A DNA stretch of 64,000 nt, from the sequence record NC_047838.1; one strand, given 5' to 3'. Below, piece by piece: positions 62,359 to 64,000 of the stretch (its first letter is position 1; every line of letters starts with the position of its first letter). A program made the position numbers and the translations under genes. Below the pieces are notes generated by a model. That model ran no database searches, was not told the origin of the DNA, and saw only the letters and a list, made by a program, of their open reading frames with translations.

Positions 62359-62458
62359 ACAAACAGCAACCTTTCTTAAAATTGAAGATGCTGTATTCTG
62401 GGAAGAGCATGTTAAACAGAACCTAAATGCTACTGACATAAAAATCGTGGTCAAGTGA
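62312..62458 (+). CDS. Small hypothetical protein (48 aa)
   Basis: MYQVNYMKPKKKGYAKQTATF.KIEDA.FWE. Confidence 0.5.
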   Translation: MYQVNYMKPKKKGYAKQTATFLKIEDAVFWEEHVKQNLNATDIKIVVK

Positions 62459-62991
62459 ATAAAACCTTTTGCAGAGAAAATCTAGAAATAGAAATTCATC
62501 ATCACCCACATTTTCATAATCTTAACGAGAAGTTGATAGATGATCTTTCTAAACTTAGTTTTTATTCATATGATGATAATCAAAACTTTACGAATATCAA
62601 AGGTAGTCAATTTAATTTTGTTAGAAATAAACTCTCTTTGAAACCTAGAGGAGTAACTTTAGTTGAAAACTGGGCAAAACAAATTATTCAAAATAAATTG
62701 ATGTTTCCAGTAGAATTTAGATTTGACACCTGGGCGGCAAGATTAGATAGAGATCAGGAAACATTAGAGCATGATCATCTGTATTATGCTACATTTTCTT
62801 TTGTTTATTTTGTTAATACTCCAGAGGGAGCATCACCTTTAGTTTTTTCTACAAGTGGTAGGAAAGTTAAAGCACAACCTGGTAAACTTGTATTGTTTCC
62901 TGCTCCATTAAGACATAAAGTTCCAGTCAACAAATGTGATAATAGGGTCACGATTGCATCGAATATCACCATCATAGAGAAAACTATGTGA
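62455..62991 (+). CDS. 2OG-Fe(II) oxygenase (TIGR02466-like)
   Basis: HDH..FSFVYFVN..PGKLVLFP..LRHKV..RVTIASN. Confidence 0.75.
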   Translation: MNKTFCRENLEIEIHHHPHFHNLNEKLIDDLSKLSFYSYDDNQNFTNIKGSQFNFVRNKLSLKPRGVTLVENWAKQIIQNKLMFPVEFRFDTWAARLDRDQETLEHDHLYYATFSFVYFVNTPEGASPLVFSTSGRKVKAQPGKLVLFPAPLRHKVPVNKCDNRVTIASNITIIEKTM

Positions 62992-63044
62992 CACTCAGAT
63001 AACTGTCCACTAATTTGACACAGACCATCAATCCCGTGTATATT
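62990..63044 (+). promoter_or_regulatory. Early-type promoter element copy 4
   Basis: GACACT-N6-ACTGTCCAC; TTGACA-18-TATATT. Confidence 0.65.
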
Positions 63045-63059
63045 AACAGAGTCAAACAA

Positions 63060-63197
63060 ATGCAACACATGGACGATCTTTGGAGTGAGATTCAAGACAT
63101 GCCCGGTGAGATCTTTGATCTTACTGAACTTGAAGAAAATGACACAGAGATGAACATCAAATGTGATGAGTTCAACCAGTCCGATTACACCGTCTGA
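63060..63197 (+). CDS. Small acidic hypothetical protein
   Basis: MQHMDDLWSEIQDMPGEIFDL; start placed downstream of promoter. Confidence 0.55.
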   Translation: MQHMDDLWSEIQDMPGEIFDLTELEENDTEMNIKCDEFNQSDYTV

Positions 63198-63198
63198 T

Positions 63199-63414
63199 AT
63201 GAAACCTGCTGAAATCATGTACGAAATGCGCGAGATCCAAGATACTTGGAGACAGCAAAATTTCTTCCTATCTGATGCACAGAAGCAGCGATATGCTGAT
63301 CTTTTGAAGATGCGTCGGGATCGTGTTCAGTTCTTCTATGATAACGATATGGTTCAAAAAGGACCGAAAGTTGTCAAAAAACCTGAACCACCACAAGAGG
63401 ACCAAGACAGTTAA
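63199..63414 (+). CDS. Hypothetical protein
   Basis: MKPAEIMYEMREIQDTWRQQNF. Confidence 0.6.
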   Translation: MKPAEIMYEMREIQDTWRQQNFFLSDAQKQRYADLLKMRRDRVQFFYDNDMVQKGPKVVKKPEPPQEDQDS

Positions 63415-63461
63415 ACAAGTGGCACAGAGCGTCTCCTAGGGGTCTCTCTGTGCTTTATACT
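63406..63461 (+). promoter_or_regulatory. Early-type promoter element copy 5
   Basis: GACAGT-N6-AGTGGCAC, inverted repeat CACAGAG/CTCTGTG, TATACT at 63456. Confidence 0.65.
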
Positions 63462-63482
63462 ATTGACATCAACAGAACACAC

Positions 63483-64000
63483 ATGCTTACCCTTCGTCCA
63501 CATCAAGAACGCATCAACGATCGTATGCTTGCATATAACAAGGGTCAGATCATCGTGCCTACTGGTGGTGGCAAAACTTTGACCATGATTGTTGATACTC
63601 AGCGTCGTCACGATGCTATCAACAACGGCACCACCACAGTTGTTGTTGCTCCGCGTATTCTTTTGGCAGAGCAACTGTGCTCTGAGTTTCTGGAGATTAT
63701 TGATACTTCCCACACGCATGTGATGCACGTTCATAGTGGTGAAACTCATCACTACAGCAACACAAAACCCGTGAACATTCATGTCTTCGCTAATACTGCG
63801 CGGAACATGGGTGAGAACTGCATCATCTTTACTTCTTATCATTCCCTGCATCGTGTGATGGAGGCAGATATTGAGGTGAATACTATTTACTTTGACGAGG
63901 CACATAACAGCGTTCAGCGTAACTTTTTCCCTGCGACTGAGTTCTTCGCTAATGATGCAGATCGTTGCTATTTCTATACTGCAACGCCTAAGCATAGTCT
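63483..64000 (+). CDS. Superfamily 2 (DEAH-box) helicase, 3'-truncated by window edge
   Basis: Manual translation LRPHQ (Q motif), PTGGGKT (Walker A), VVVAPRILLAEQ, FDEAH (Walker B), TATP (motif III); absent from ORF track because it has no stop in the window. Confidence 0.9.
   Translation, partial: MLTLRPHQERINDRMLAYNKGQIIVPTGGGKTLTMIVDTQRRHDAINNGTTTVVVAPRILLAEQLCSEFLEIIDTSHTHVMHVHSGETHHYSNTKPVNIHVFANTARNMGENCIIFTSYHSLHRVMEADIEVNTIYFDEAHNSVQRNFFPATEFFANDADRCYFYTATPKHS

Noticed and set aside
63411-63995. 194-aa minus-strand ORF
   Set aside because: Antisense shadow of the plus-strand helicase with clear catalytic motifs.
1-64000. Homing endonucleases, introns, inteins, transposases, integrase, rRNA
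   Set aside because: No HNH, GIY-YIG, LAGLIDADG, intein-terminal, DDE or tyrosine-recombinase motifs recognised; core genes appear uninterrupted.

Overview
Segment of a lytic T4-like cyanomyovirus genome, with no host DNA evident. A marine Synechococcus/Prochlorococcus host is inferred from cp12, petF and a DUF1825-like gene. Layout: (1) 1-2134, replication and late-transcription genes g33, g59, g32. (2) 2135-23215, baseplate and tail core: g53, g48, g2 and g4 on the minus strand, then g54-like, g26/g51, two paralogous tape-measure-like genes, a hub, cp12, a split gp5 and a 1993-aa PA14-repeat protein. (3) 23217-24417, a sigma70-promoter island with tRNA-Leu(TAA), tRNA-Thr(TGT) and a candidate ~48-nt sRNA. 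(4) 24458-56366, a ~32-kb tail-fibre accessory region of repeated stalk/adaptor/glycine-rich-tip cassettes, with late promoters and interleaved 2OG-Fe(II) oxygenases. (5) 56400-64000, short early/middle genes with a repeated pseudo-palindromic promoter element, petF and a truncated SF2 helicase. Strongest candidates for new biology: a canonical -1 ribosomal frameshift signal fusing g26 to the g51 ORF just upstream of the tape-measure genes (lambda G/GT-like), and a seven-tip modular adhesin array whose neighbouring genes show matching terminal 'plug and socket' motifs. All family assignments are from motif recognition by eye; no database search was run.
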